IMG/VR virus record: IMGVR_UViG_3300044723_000002
Span: 1-24,646 of that record
Length of the DNA stretch: 24,646 bases
From: a virus
Taxonomy: Duplodnaviria > Caudoviricetes
Direction: 5' to 3' (one strand)
Shown: positions 16,991-24,646 of the stretch, in pieces
Position numbering within the stretch: the first letter of the stretch is position 1
How the letters are laid out: each line of letters begins with the position of its first letter
Translations under genes and position numbers: made by a program
Notes under the pieces: generated by a model
What the model was told of the DNA's origin: nothing
Seen by the model: the letters and a program-made list of their open reading frames with translations, nothing else
The model's database searches: none

Positions 16991-18337
16991 CTATTCAGCA
17001 GTAACTATTGCAATCAGAAACCCGCCACCGCCTGAGCCACTATTTCTAGCTGTTCCGTCAACGGTTTCGGTTGTTTGAGCGTTGGTGTTGCCTCTGTTTC
17101 CGCCACCGCCACCGCCGTAAAACAGGGTGTAAGCAGAGCCATTGACTGTTGGTTTTATCCCCGAACCAGCACCACCACCTGCCCCGGCGTTGCTATCTTG
17201 GGCAACATTGAAACCACCTACAGCGTGGAATGTGTTTGTAGAAGGTCGAGAATCTCCACTGCTTGCAGCGGTACCCGCAGTTCCAGCACTAGAGCCAGCA
17301 AAAGAAATCGTGTTGGAACCAACAGTTGCAGACGATACGTTGACAGTAATTGTCCCGCCGTTACCACCGCCTTTCTGACTAACGTGCGCCCCACCGCCCC
17401 CGCCGCCAGTTGGGGCATTGGTTACATTTGAAGCAGTGTCGGCCACGTTTGAGTTTCTAATAGCACCTCTGCCACCAGCACCTCCGGCAACTCCTGTTCC
17501 TGTGAGTACTGTCCCTCCAGCTGCTGAAGCTGAATGGTCAGAGCCTGATGTTCCAGAAGAAGGCCCAGCACCCCCGCCAAGACGTAAAATGTAAGCTCCG
17601 TTTTTCTTTACCCAAGTCTCACCACCAGCAACACCAGAAAGCGACCTTGGTGGGTTAGGTAAAGCCCCGCCCGGATCACTAGGAGTGCTACCACCCGCAC
17701 CAATTTGATAGGTGATTACATCTCCAGAAGTTACGCTTGCAGTGAAGCCCGATATGTTTGCTGCACCACCGCCGCCACCGGAAGAACCGTGGTCATTGTC
17801 TTTACCAAAAGCCGAAGACCCCCCGCCAGCGACCCCAAAGAGAGTAATAGTATTGGGGCCAGCAGGTACTGTATACGTTCCGCTAATGTCTACGTTAGTG
17901 TTGCTTTCGTTAGCTTGACTAACAATAAGATGCTCTTGCACAGGTTGAATTGCGCCGCCACCATCGCCCACGTTATACCAGACGTTATTATCCGCCGTAG
18001 CGTCAGTCAGTACATACTGCTCGCCAGATGTTTTATTAATCCAGACATGACCTGTACCAGACGTAGGATTACTATTTACTGCAGGGTCAGTAGTAGATAC
18101 TGTAGCATCTGTTAGGGTAGCCACACTACTAGAAATACCAGTAAGCTGTGAGCCATCACCAGTAGGCTGCAATGCACTTGCTGCTAGTGTACCTTGCGCC
18201 GCTGTAGCATAATCCGTAGCCGCTGTAGTAGCTGCAGTTCCAAGTCCTACAACTTCAGATGCTGAGACTACACCATCCTCAAGAGTACTACCCCCAGAGA
18301 GGATGTCTGCTAATTTACGTGCCTTTGATCGTGCCAT
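16991..18337 (-). CDS. tail fibre/adhesin with glycine-rich domain, 448 aa
   Basis: MARSKARKLAD N-terminus, LGTAAT and GDGSQLTGI fibre motifs; C-terminal domain with YTVP...GGGG...IGAGG and many GGGGG turns. Confidence 0.7.
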   Translation of the reverse strand: MARSKARKLADILSGGSTLEDGVVSASEVVGLGTAATTAATDYATAAQGTLAASALQPTGDGSQLTGISSSVATLTDATVSTTDPAVNSNPTSGTGHVWINKTSGEQYVLTDATADNNVWYNVGDGGGAIQPVQEHLIVSQANESNTNVDISGTYTVPAGPNTITLFGVAGGGSSAFGKDNDHGSSGGGGGAANISGFTASVTSGDVITYQIGAGGSTPSDPGGALPNPPRSLSGVAGGETWVKKNGAYILRLGGGAGPSSGTSGSDHSASAAGGTVLTGTGVAGGAGGRGAIRNSNVADTASNVTNAPTGGGGGGAHVSQKGGGNGGTITVNVSSATVGSNTISFAGSSAGTAGTAASSGDSRPSTNTFHAVGGFNVAQDSNAGAGGGAGSGIKPTVNGSAYTLFYGGGGGGNRGNTNAQTTETVDGTARNSGSGGGGFLIAIVTAE

Positions 18338-19590
18338 TATACCATCTCCTCACCAATTACTTTTACTGTAGTTCCGCTATCCATAGTGAAGAACTCGTAG
18401 GTTACTCTTTTGTTTACAAGTAAACCTGCACCAGCTGGGTTTTCTACTGAGGAAGGAAAGTTTATTACAGTAGGTGTACCTAAAGAATATTGAGTAACTT
18501 GACGATCATTATTTCCTGTAAAGTAGAAATATCCACCTTCAGGAGAAATGTACATCCCTTGTACGTTACCTGCATATACGCTTACATCAACAGATTTATT
18601 TGCATAAGAGGCGGTAGATACATCCCAAGCTGTAGTTAAAGTATACTGGTATGCACGATTAGTCGTAGGGCCAACTATGTATAAAGTAGTTCCATCAGAA
18701 TTAAAATGCAAATCATGAACCGAACTATCTTGAGCCAAAACAGAAAACTCTTGTGTATAAGATGCCGTTGATATATCCCAAGCAGTGCTTAATGCGTATT
18801 CAACTACAGCACTATCTGCGGTACCACAGATAAACATCTTAGTACCATCGGTTTTAAAATATACTCCACGAGAACTAGTATCTTGAGAAGAGGTACTAAA
18901 TTCCCGTACCCAAGATGCACTGGTAACATCCCAAGCGGTACTAAGAGAGTATTGGTCGACCGCATTGTCTGTGGCTCCCATAGTATACATTCTAGTACCA
19001 TCAGCACTAAAGAATAAACTTCTTGGGCTTAGTTCTTTAGCAGCTACAGAATAAGCCTGTAAATAAGTAGCCGTAGAAACATCCCAAGCTGTGGATAGAT
19101 TGTATTCAACAACTTCGTCATCAGTGATGCCGATTATATACATCTTTCTACCATCAGGTTTAAAAAACAAACTCCTTGGAGATGTTTCTTCAGAAGATAC
19201 GCTTCTAGTTCTTATAAAAGTTGCCGTAGAAAGATCGCCAGCACCAGTTGCAACACTTGCTACCGCTGAATAGCTCCACCGTGCATTTGTAGGTACATTA
19301 GAAAAACTAATAGTAGTATCGGATGTCAATACACCATTATCAAAGAAGTTATAACTCCCTACATTCAAAGTAGGAGTATTACCCGTTACAGCTACAGGGT
19401 TAAACGTAGGTGTTAACCCAGTAACCGCAGAACTAGGTACGCCTGTCAGCCCAGCGCCACTACCTGAGAATGCACCACCTGCGATTGTGCCTGTAGCACT
19501 AAGGTTACCTGTTACCGCTGCGCCCTGTGAGAACGTAGGAGCACCAGTACCAGCCTCATCTGTTATTGTATCTACCTTAATGGTACTCAT
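18337..19590 (-). CDS. tail fibre/receptor-binding protein with 5 beta-propeller-type repeats, 417 aa
   Basis: MSTIKVDTI N-terminus; 51-aa repeats (FxxDGxxMY...YxLSTAWDVSTA). Confidence 0.7.
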   Translation of the reverse strand: MSTIKVDTITDEAGTGAPTFSQGAAVTGNLSATGTIAGGAFSGSGAGLTGVPSSAVTGLTPTFNPVAVTGNTPTLNVGSYNFFDNGVLTSDTTISFSNVPTNARWSYSAVASVATGAGDLSTATFIRTRSVSSEETSPRSLFFKPDGRKMYIIGITDDEVVEYNLSTAWDVSTATYLQAYSVAAKELSPRSLFFSADGTRMYTMGATDNAVDQYSLSTAWDVTSASWVREFSTSSQDTSSRGVYFKTDGTKMFICGTADSAVVEYALSTAWDISTASYTQEFSVLAQDSSVHDLHFNSDGTTLYIVGPTTNRAYQYTLTTAWDVSTASYANKSVDVSVYAGNVQGMYISPEGGYFYFTGNNDRQVTQYSLGTPTVINFPSSVENPAGAGLLVNKRVTYEFFTMDSGTTVKVIGEEMV

Positions 19591-19592
19591 GT

Positions 19593-21674
19593 CTATTGTC
19601 CTTTGTCTACGAATGGTTCGGTTGGCGGTGTGAAGTTGGAGGTGTAACGGGCGGTTTTGCTTACACGAAGGTCATCAAGAAAACCTGTAAATTCACTTGC
19701 ACCATCCGTTGTTCTGCCAATGTAATAAATGTTGTCGTTAAGCGAAGCATTGTCGATGGCGAAGGAACCTAAAGTTGTGTTGGTTGTTCCTACCTGAGTG
19801 CCATTAATAAAGACACGAAGATTAGCTCCGTCCCTTGTTACCGCCAAGTGCGTCCAAGCATTTGTTGGAAAGTCTCCAGAGCCGACAGTATAATTTAATA
19901 CTGTACCACCATTGTATCTACAGAAAAACCTAACTTGCGCACTGTTGTAGTTAATATTCATCATGTACGCCCCGGAACCATCGGAGTTTCTTACAGCCCC
20001 TACGACACATCGCTGACCTGTCACTGTGGTGTAGACCCAGCTTTCAACAGTAAAATTACCTGCGCCTAAATCTAATGAATTAGGGGGCAAAGTTGCATAA
20101 TCACCTGTGCCATCCAAGTACAAAGACGTACCACCAAACTTACTCTGCGAATTGCTTATCTTAGCATTGCCAAACAACGTCAGATTGTTTTGTGCTGCGC
20201 TGTCAATCGCCTGTCCGTCTGCCATGTTAAGCAATAGCTTGGTGTTTGTTACTGCGGTGAGTGGGGCTGTTGGGACACCTGAAGGCTCGACTGCTGTTCC
20301 TTTTATAACCCTAACATCTGTTAGATACCCATCTAAAACAAAGTCGCCATTATTCAAAGCCCCAATATAAACAGGAGTTGGAGCATTAAAGGTTGCACCA
20401 TCCAAATCCCCAGAGTCCACTGCACGGCTGCTCACCTCAACACCATTAAAGAAGAATTTAATTACACCACTGGCACGGGTGACAACAACATTATTCCAAC
20501 TGTTTAAGTTTAATGTAACAGACCAACCCACCATGTTACTAAGGTTATTAGTGCCTAACCTAATTTGACTTACAGAGTTATTCCACCATAGTTGATAGCT
20601 ATCCGTGGTTCCACTAGTGTTCATGTCTCCCAAGACACCAATAGATTTATCGGTTTCTGAGTAAAACCATGCTGAAATAGTAAAGTCGCCAGTTCCAAAA
20701 TTAAAATCTGAAGATGTTGGAACAGTCAACCAATCTCCTGTCCCATCAAAATAAGCACTCGCACCATTCACCGCTGGATCATAAACCTCAGAGGTCAGGA
20801 AAGGGCCGAAGGCTGATACGGCTGGGGTGACGCCAGAGAAATTTATAGCTAAAGAGTTTGCTCCGTTGTCAACAAACCTATTGCTCTGCCCTGTTAGCAA
20901 CACACAATTAGTGACGTTTGTAAGACCAGACGTAGGCACAGTTATAGAGCTACCAGAATATTGAGCAGTCCCTTTAAGTATTCTTACATTTGAGATATGC
21001 CCACCAAACTGCCCAGCAGCCGAAGTCGAGGAAGCAATCCAACTGTTGCCGCTAGTTCCGCCCAGCGTGGCAGTGTTCGTTGCTTGAGCTACCCTTGTTC
21101 CATCTAAATATAGTGAAACATTATTAGAACCGCTGCCACTTCTTACAACAGCGACATGATGCCATGTGTTAAGTGAAATAGAGTTATCAGCACTTTTTAC
21201 TATTTGGCTTGCTTGGTCTGTGCTTTGGCTAAGAGCAATAAATTTACTACTAGAGTCTATATAAACCTGAAGTCGAGGGTCGTTTATTGCAATAACAGTA
21301 GGACTTCTAGAGTTAGTAGCAGTAAAGCTGCTTGCATTAAAAAACGCCTCAATAGTAAAATCGCCATCAAACGACCCATTAGCGCCCATTGCAAAGTATG
21401 GAACCGAATTGTTTGAATTATTAAACGCTATAGACCACTCACCATCAGGACGAGCAAACGGGCCGAAGCTACCTTGGGTTACATCCCCATTGGCTGTGAT
21501 CGTGTGGTTGCTGGTGGAGCTATCATCGAACACGTTGTTGACGCCGTTGTTAGTGCCATCGAAGTGTGACAGAAACGATACTGTGTTAAACAGATCATCA
21601 ACAGGTATTTCTATCCCGCTAAGATTACCAAACCCTCTAGCAGATGCAGCACCGAATGTTGAAAGTAATGGCAT
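19593..21674 (-). CDS. tail adhesin with three LamG/concanavalin A-like domains, 693 aa
   Basis: Three copies of G(D/N)FT(I/V)xx(W/F)...WxHxAVxR...GxxxxxR(I/V)xKxxA; N-terminal MPLLSTFGAASARGFG. Confidence 0.8.
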   Translation of the reverse strand: MPLLSTFGAASARGFGNLSGIEIPVDDLFNTVSFLSHFDGTNNGVNNVFDDSSTSNHTITANGDVTQGSFGPFARPDGEWSIAFNNSNNSVPYFAMGANGSFDGDFTIEAFFNASSFTATNSRSPTVIAINDPRLQVYIDSSSKFIALSQSTDQASQIVKSADNSISLNTWHHVAVVRSGSGSNNVSLYLDGTRVAQATNTATLGGTSGNSWIASSTSAAGQFGGHISNVRILKGTAQYSGSSITVPTSGLTNVTNCVLLTGQSNRFVDNGANSLAINFSGVTPAVSAFGPFLTSEVYDPAVNGASAYFDGTGDWLTVPTSSDFNFGTGDFTISAWFYSETDKSIGVLGDMNTSGTTDSYQLWWNNSVSQIRLGTNNLSNMVGWSVTLNLNSWNNVVVTRASGVIKFFFNGVEVSSRAVDSGDLDGATFNAPTPVYIGALNNGDFVLDGYLTDVRVIKGTAVEPSGVPTAPLTAVTNTKLLLNMADGQAIDSAAQNNLTLFGNAKISNSQSKFGGTSLYLDGTGDYATLPPNSLDLGAGNFTVESWVYTTVTGQRCVVGAVRNSDGSGAYMMNINYNSAQVRFFCRYNGGTVLNYTVGSGDFPTNAWTHLAVTRDGANLRVFINGTQVGTTNTTLGSFAIDNASLNDNIYYIGRTTDGASEFTGFLDDLRVSKTARYTSNFTPPTEPFVDKGQ

Positions 21675-21683
21675 ACTTATCCC

Positions 21684-22229
21684 TTATGCAAACTGTGTTT
21701 GGCTTGCTAGAACTGTGAAAGTAGCATCCGCAGTTTTAATAATTGTGAAGTTATAACTATCAATGCTAGATGCATTACCACCTGTAGGGGCAGTACCGCC
21801 TTGCCACTTAGGTGTGACTGAAACACCATCTACTTGATAGGCGTTTAGGTAGTACGCAGTAGAGCCTTGTGTCATAATAACGGCTACGCTTAGGCTTTGA
21901 CCTATGGCAAGGTTAGCATTTACATTACTAAAGTTAATTGTGCGGTTAGCTGTTTGAGCCACCGTGAAATACTCTACAGCTTGAGCAGTAGTATCAAAAG
22001 TAATTGTACCAGTAGTAGAAGTAAGAGTAGTGACTTTCTCATATACCTCCTCTGTACTAATACTAGAAAACGTACCACTAATATTAGATGCACTCAGAGA
22101 GCTAGTAGATGTAAGCAATTCACCAGCGGCATCTGGTAATGTCAGGGTGCGATTAGTATTGCTGTTAGGTGAAGCAATGGTAAACGTGCCTGTACCTTGA
22201 TCGTTTGGTGTTAGGGTTATCTTGCTCAT
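21684..22229 (-). CDS. short tail fibre/adaptor protein, 181 aa
   Basis: TNRTLTLPD fibre motif; C-terminal PKWQGGTAPT...IDSYNFTIIKT domain. Start moved from 22247 to ATG 22229 (ATGA overlap, GAGGT RBS). Confidence 0.7.
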   Translation of the reverse strand: MSKITLTPNDQGTGTFTIASPNSNTNRTLTLPDAAGELLTSTSSLSASNISGTFSSISTEEVYEKVTTLTSTTGTITFDTTAQAVEYFTVAQTANRTINFSNVNANLAIGQSLSVAVIMTQGSTAYYLNAYQVDGVSVTPKWQGGTAPTGGNASSIDSYNFTIIKTADATFTVLASQTQFA

Positions 22230-22576
22230 TCTGTTACCTCTACCCACGCTGTAGTTTCTTCATCCCAGCGGTATGTGTTGTCATCGTCTGGCATTGCTGT
22301 TGGAGCTTCCCAGATGCAGCTATCATCATTAAGCACCCAACTTGCGTATGGCTGTGGTGCGTAGAAGGCATCTCGTGTGGCGTCATAGGTATAACCGATA
22401 CCAGCATAGTTTTTACGAAGCGGTGTACCTCCACCAGAGTGTACTCCTCCGTGTGTATTGTAGCTGGTCTGTATCCACTCACCGGGAGAACTATCTACAA
22501 ATGTATCAAAGAAATCTGCTTCTGCTACAATTACCTGCTCAACAATACCGTTATTTACTTTTGCATAATGCGACAT
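22226..22576 (-). CDS. putative tail fibre-associated/assembly protein, 116 aa
   Basis: MSHYAK...WIQTSYN...RKNYAGIGYTYD...DAFYAPQPYASW...WDE pattern; directly downstream of a glycine-rich fibre gene; AGGAG RBS. Confidence 0.6.
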   Translation of the reverse strand: MSHYAKVNNGIVEQVIVAEADFFDTFVDSSPGEWIQTSYNTHGGVHSGGGTPLRKNYAGIGYTYDATRDAFYAPQPYASWVLNDDSCIWEAPTAMPDDDNTYRWDEETTAWVEVTE

Positions 22577-22587
22577 TTTATATTCTC

Positions 22588-23682
22588 CTACTGGAACTTG
22601 TAACGGAATATGAACACACCAGAGCCACCAGCAAAGTTTGTTTGGCGGTTGCCATATGAACCTGATCCACCATTTCCTGTATTCGCTGCTCCGGCTGTAT
22701 TTGATGGTGCGCCAGATGTTACAGACCCCCCGCCTCCGCCGCCTGTTGCATAGGTTACAGATGATCCACTTATGCTGCTAACGAATCCCGCACCCCCGTC
22801 ACCGCCTGTGCTTCCTGTTCCGTCTTGACCTACGCCGAGAGCGCCACCGCCGCCGCCTCCGGCTGTTTCGGCATAAGCTGTCCAGTTACCCGAACCACCA
22901 CGATTACCTTGACCTGTAGTGCCGTAGGCTAAGGCTCTAGACTCACCTTCTGCCTCACCTGCCGCTGCGCCTCCTCCTCCAGAACCGCCGCTATCTGCGT
23001 CAGTACCGCTAGTATTCCCTGATGCGCCATGTCCACCGCCAAGAGCTAGGCCGTCAAGAGCAAAACTTCGACTACCATTATTAGGATTGGGGTATGAACC
23101 TACACTACCACCAGCGCCAATTATTACACTATACCCAGTGTCTGCAACTGGCCTAAAAGAACCATAGAGACACCCACCAGCGCCGCCGCCACCACCAGAC
23201 ATGTAGTCCGAAGCGGTAGTTAATCCTCCTGCTGCACCTCCTCCAACTAAAAGATACGTTCCCTGTAGAAGTGTACCAGAGGTATTTGTGATTTGTAACG
23301 TACCAGAGCTAGTAAAGGTATGTACCTTATAATCCCCGTCAGTAGTAACCGTTCCGCCTGTAGCTGTAATAAATGCACCAGTGTCAGCCGCAGAGCCAAT
23401 CGTACCAGTACCGTCACCTGCGTTAATCCAGATATTAAAATTAGAAGTAGCATCTGTTAAAACGTATTGTGCACCCGTTGTAGAGTTAATCCACAAATGA
23501 CCAACACCTGATGAAGGATTGCTACTAGAAGTAGGGTTGGATGCTGATACGGTTACATCACTAGCTGACGCCAAAGTATTAGCAGGTAAGTTAATAAAGT
23601 TAGTAGCATCCAAGTCTGGTGCAGCCGTGCTGTCAATGTCAGGTGTTGTAATACCTGTAGTTCCGTTTAATACAATAGCCAT
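22588..23682 (-). CDS. tail fibre/adhesin with glycine-rich domain, 364 aa
   Basis: ATGGTVTTDGDYKVHTFTSSG...LVGGG...GGGGGAGG...ANTGNGG...GGSGVFIFRY, a typical phage glycine-rich domain. Confidence 0.75.
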   Translation of the reverse strand: MAIVLNGTTGITTPDIDSTAAPDLDATNFINLPANTLASASDVTVSASNPTSSSNPSSGVGHLWINSTTGAQYVLTDATSNFNIWINAGDGTGTIGSAADTGAFITATGGTVTTDGDYKVHTFTSSGTLQITNTSGTLLQGTYLLVGGGAAGGLTTASDYMSGGGGGAGGCLYGSFRPVADTGYSVIIGAGGSVGSYPNPNNGSRSFALDGLALGGGHGASGNTSGTDADSGGSGGGGAAAGEAEGESRALAYGTTGQGNRGGSGNWTAYAETAGGGGGGALGVGQDGTGSTGGDGGAGFVSSISGSSVTYATGGGGGGSVTSGAPSNTAGAANTGNGGSGSYGNRQTNFAGGSGVFIFRYKFQ

Positions 23683-24646
23683 TTATAAAACCACCCACCT
23701 TGCGCCTGTCTCAATTGTAACTGTGACCCCACTGTTGATAGTGATTGGCCCTGCAGTCATTGCGTTCTTTGTAGCTAGAATAGTGTAGCTTGAAGATACC
23801 GATTGTTCGTTCTCATAAAAGATACCATCTGCAGCACCACCACCAATGCTACCCCACTCAGTACCGTTATAACCCTCAAAGGATGCGTCAGTAGAGTTGA
23901 AGCGAAGCTGACCTGTAGCAGGACTTACATCACGTTGGGCTGTAGTACCTACAGGAATGTTAGCTGATCCTGTGGCAGATGTCTGATCTACAAACCCTGC
24001 GTCAGTCTCTGTTTGTGTGTATACCTGCGACTGTTGGTAGTAACGTGCATCTGACTGTACTTTAGTGTAGTGGTCAGCAAGTACGAATGTACCGTATGCA
24101 ATGATACTTACGTCATCCCCTGCAGTAGCACCCGTAGTTAAGGTAATGTTAGTACCTGTAGTAGCTGTAAAGTCTTCGCTTGCACCTTCTACAAGTTTAA
24201 CACCATTGAGCCAAACATCTATATAGCCAGCATCGTATGTAGCAGCAAAGACAGTCTGACCTGCAGTAGCTGTATAGTTCTGACGTTCTGCAGTACCATT
24301 TACGGATGAACCAGCACTTACCCAACCCGATCCTGTATACACCTTCATAGTGTCAGTGGTTGTGTCAAAGTATAATGCACCAGTAAGGAGTGCATCACCG
24401 TCATTGTCTAGCGTAGGTGCTGCACCTTTAGCACCGAGGTAACGGTCATCAAAGTCATCATAGGATGTTGCAGCACTAGTAGCACTTGATGCAGCGGCTG
24501 TAGCAGAGTTACCAGCATTAGTCTCACTGGTAGCTGCGTTGCTTTCCGATACAGCGGCAGCGGCGGCACTAGCAGCGGCAGAAGTCTGGCTACCTGTAAT
24601 TGTATCTACATATGTTTTAGTGACAGCATCATTAGCATCTGTAGGA
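23683..24646 (-). CDS. major tail fibre protein, 3' part (continues beyond the window)
   Basis: The frame is open from 24645: PTDANDAVTKTYVD, Ala/Ser-rich stalk, YDDFDDRYLGAK...DNDGDAL..GALYF, then ATAGQT, VWLNGVKL, GTTAQR...GQLRFNS...FEGYNG and terminal AGPITINSGVTVTIETGARWVVL. The ORF track start at 24348 is internal. Confidence 0.85.
   Translation of the reverse strand, partial: PTDANDAVTKTYVDTITGSQTSAAASAAAAAVSESNAATSETNAGNSATAAASSATSAATSYDDFDDRYLGAKGAAPTLDNDGDALLTGALYFDTTTDTMKVYTGSGWVSAGSSVNGTAERQNYTATAGQTVFAATYDAGYIDVWLNGVKLVEGASEDFTATTGTNITLTTGATAGDDVSIIAYGTFVLADHYTKVQSDARYYQQSQVYTQTETDAGFVDQTSATGSANIPVGTTAQRDVSPATGQLRFNSTDASFEGYNGTEWGSIGGGAADGIFYENEQSVSSSYTILATKNAMTAGPITINSGVTVTIETGARWVVL

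Noticed and set aside
17020-17970. Locally GC-rich CCGCC/CCACC runs as DNA repeats or a foreign island (also 22620-23250)
   Set aside because: Largely explained by poly-glycine codons on the - strand; recent acquisition cannot be judged without codon-usage statistics.
11907-22590. Frequent TAG stops in the structural arm, suggesting amber recoding
   Set aside because: Genes are long and unfragmented under the standard code. TAG also ends clear genes (grx, mazG) and sometimes just overlaps the next RBS (TAGGAG).
16991-24646. Diversity-generating retroelement or invertase-based fibre switching
   Set aside because: No reverse transcriptase or recombinase, no near-identical template/variable repeat pair noticed, and all fibre genes share one orientation. 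The shared module is diverged at DNA level.

Overview
A 24.6 kb fragment of a tailed dsDNA bacteriophage genome, most consistent with a marine podovirus of the HMO-2011-type group that infects Alphaproteobacteria. The main basis is a family A DNA polymerase carrying a DnaJ-like CxxCxGxG zinc-finger insertion, plus the gene order. There are two convergent arms that meet at a bidirectional hairpin terminator near 8370. The + strand arm (1-8337) covers replication and nucleotide metabolism: DUF3310 protein, DNA polymerase, probable SSB, Cas4-like exonuclease, T7 endonuclease I-like resolvase, class II (B12-dependent) ribonucleotide reductase, glutaredoxin, a PD-(D/E)xK-like protein, an RMF-like small protein and MazG. 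The - strand arm (24646-8391) is structural: a cluster of six fibre/adaptor/receptor-binding genes plus a probable chaperone, three small membrane proteins, and five probable internal virion/ejection genes. Four near-consensus sigma70 promoters with a perfect TTGACA were found by eye. The best leads are a separately promoted nuclease/RMF-like/MazG unit, a Q/N-rich 11/22-residue-periodic candidate DNA-conduit protein, and a modular multi-adhesin tail system. All assignments come from motif recognition; no database searches were run.
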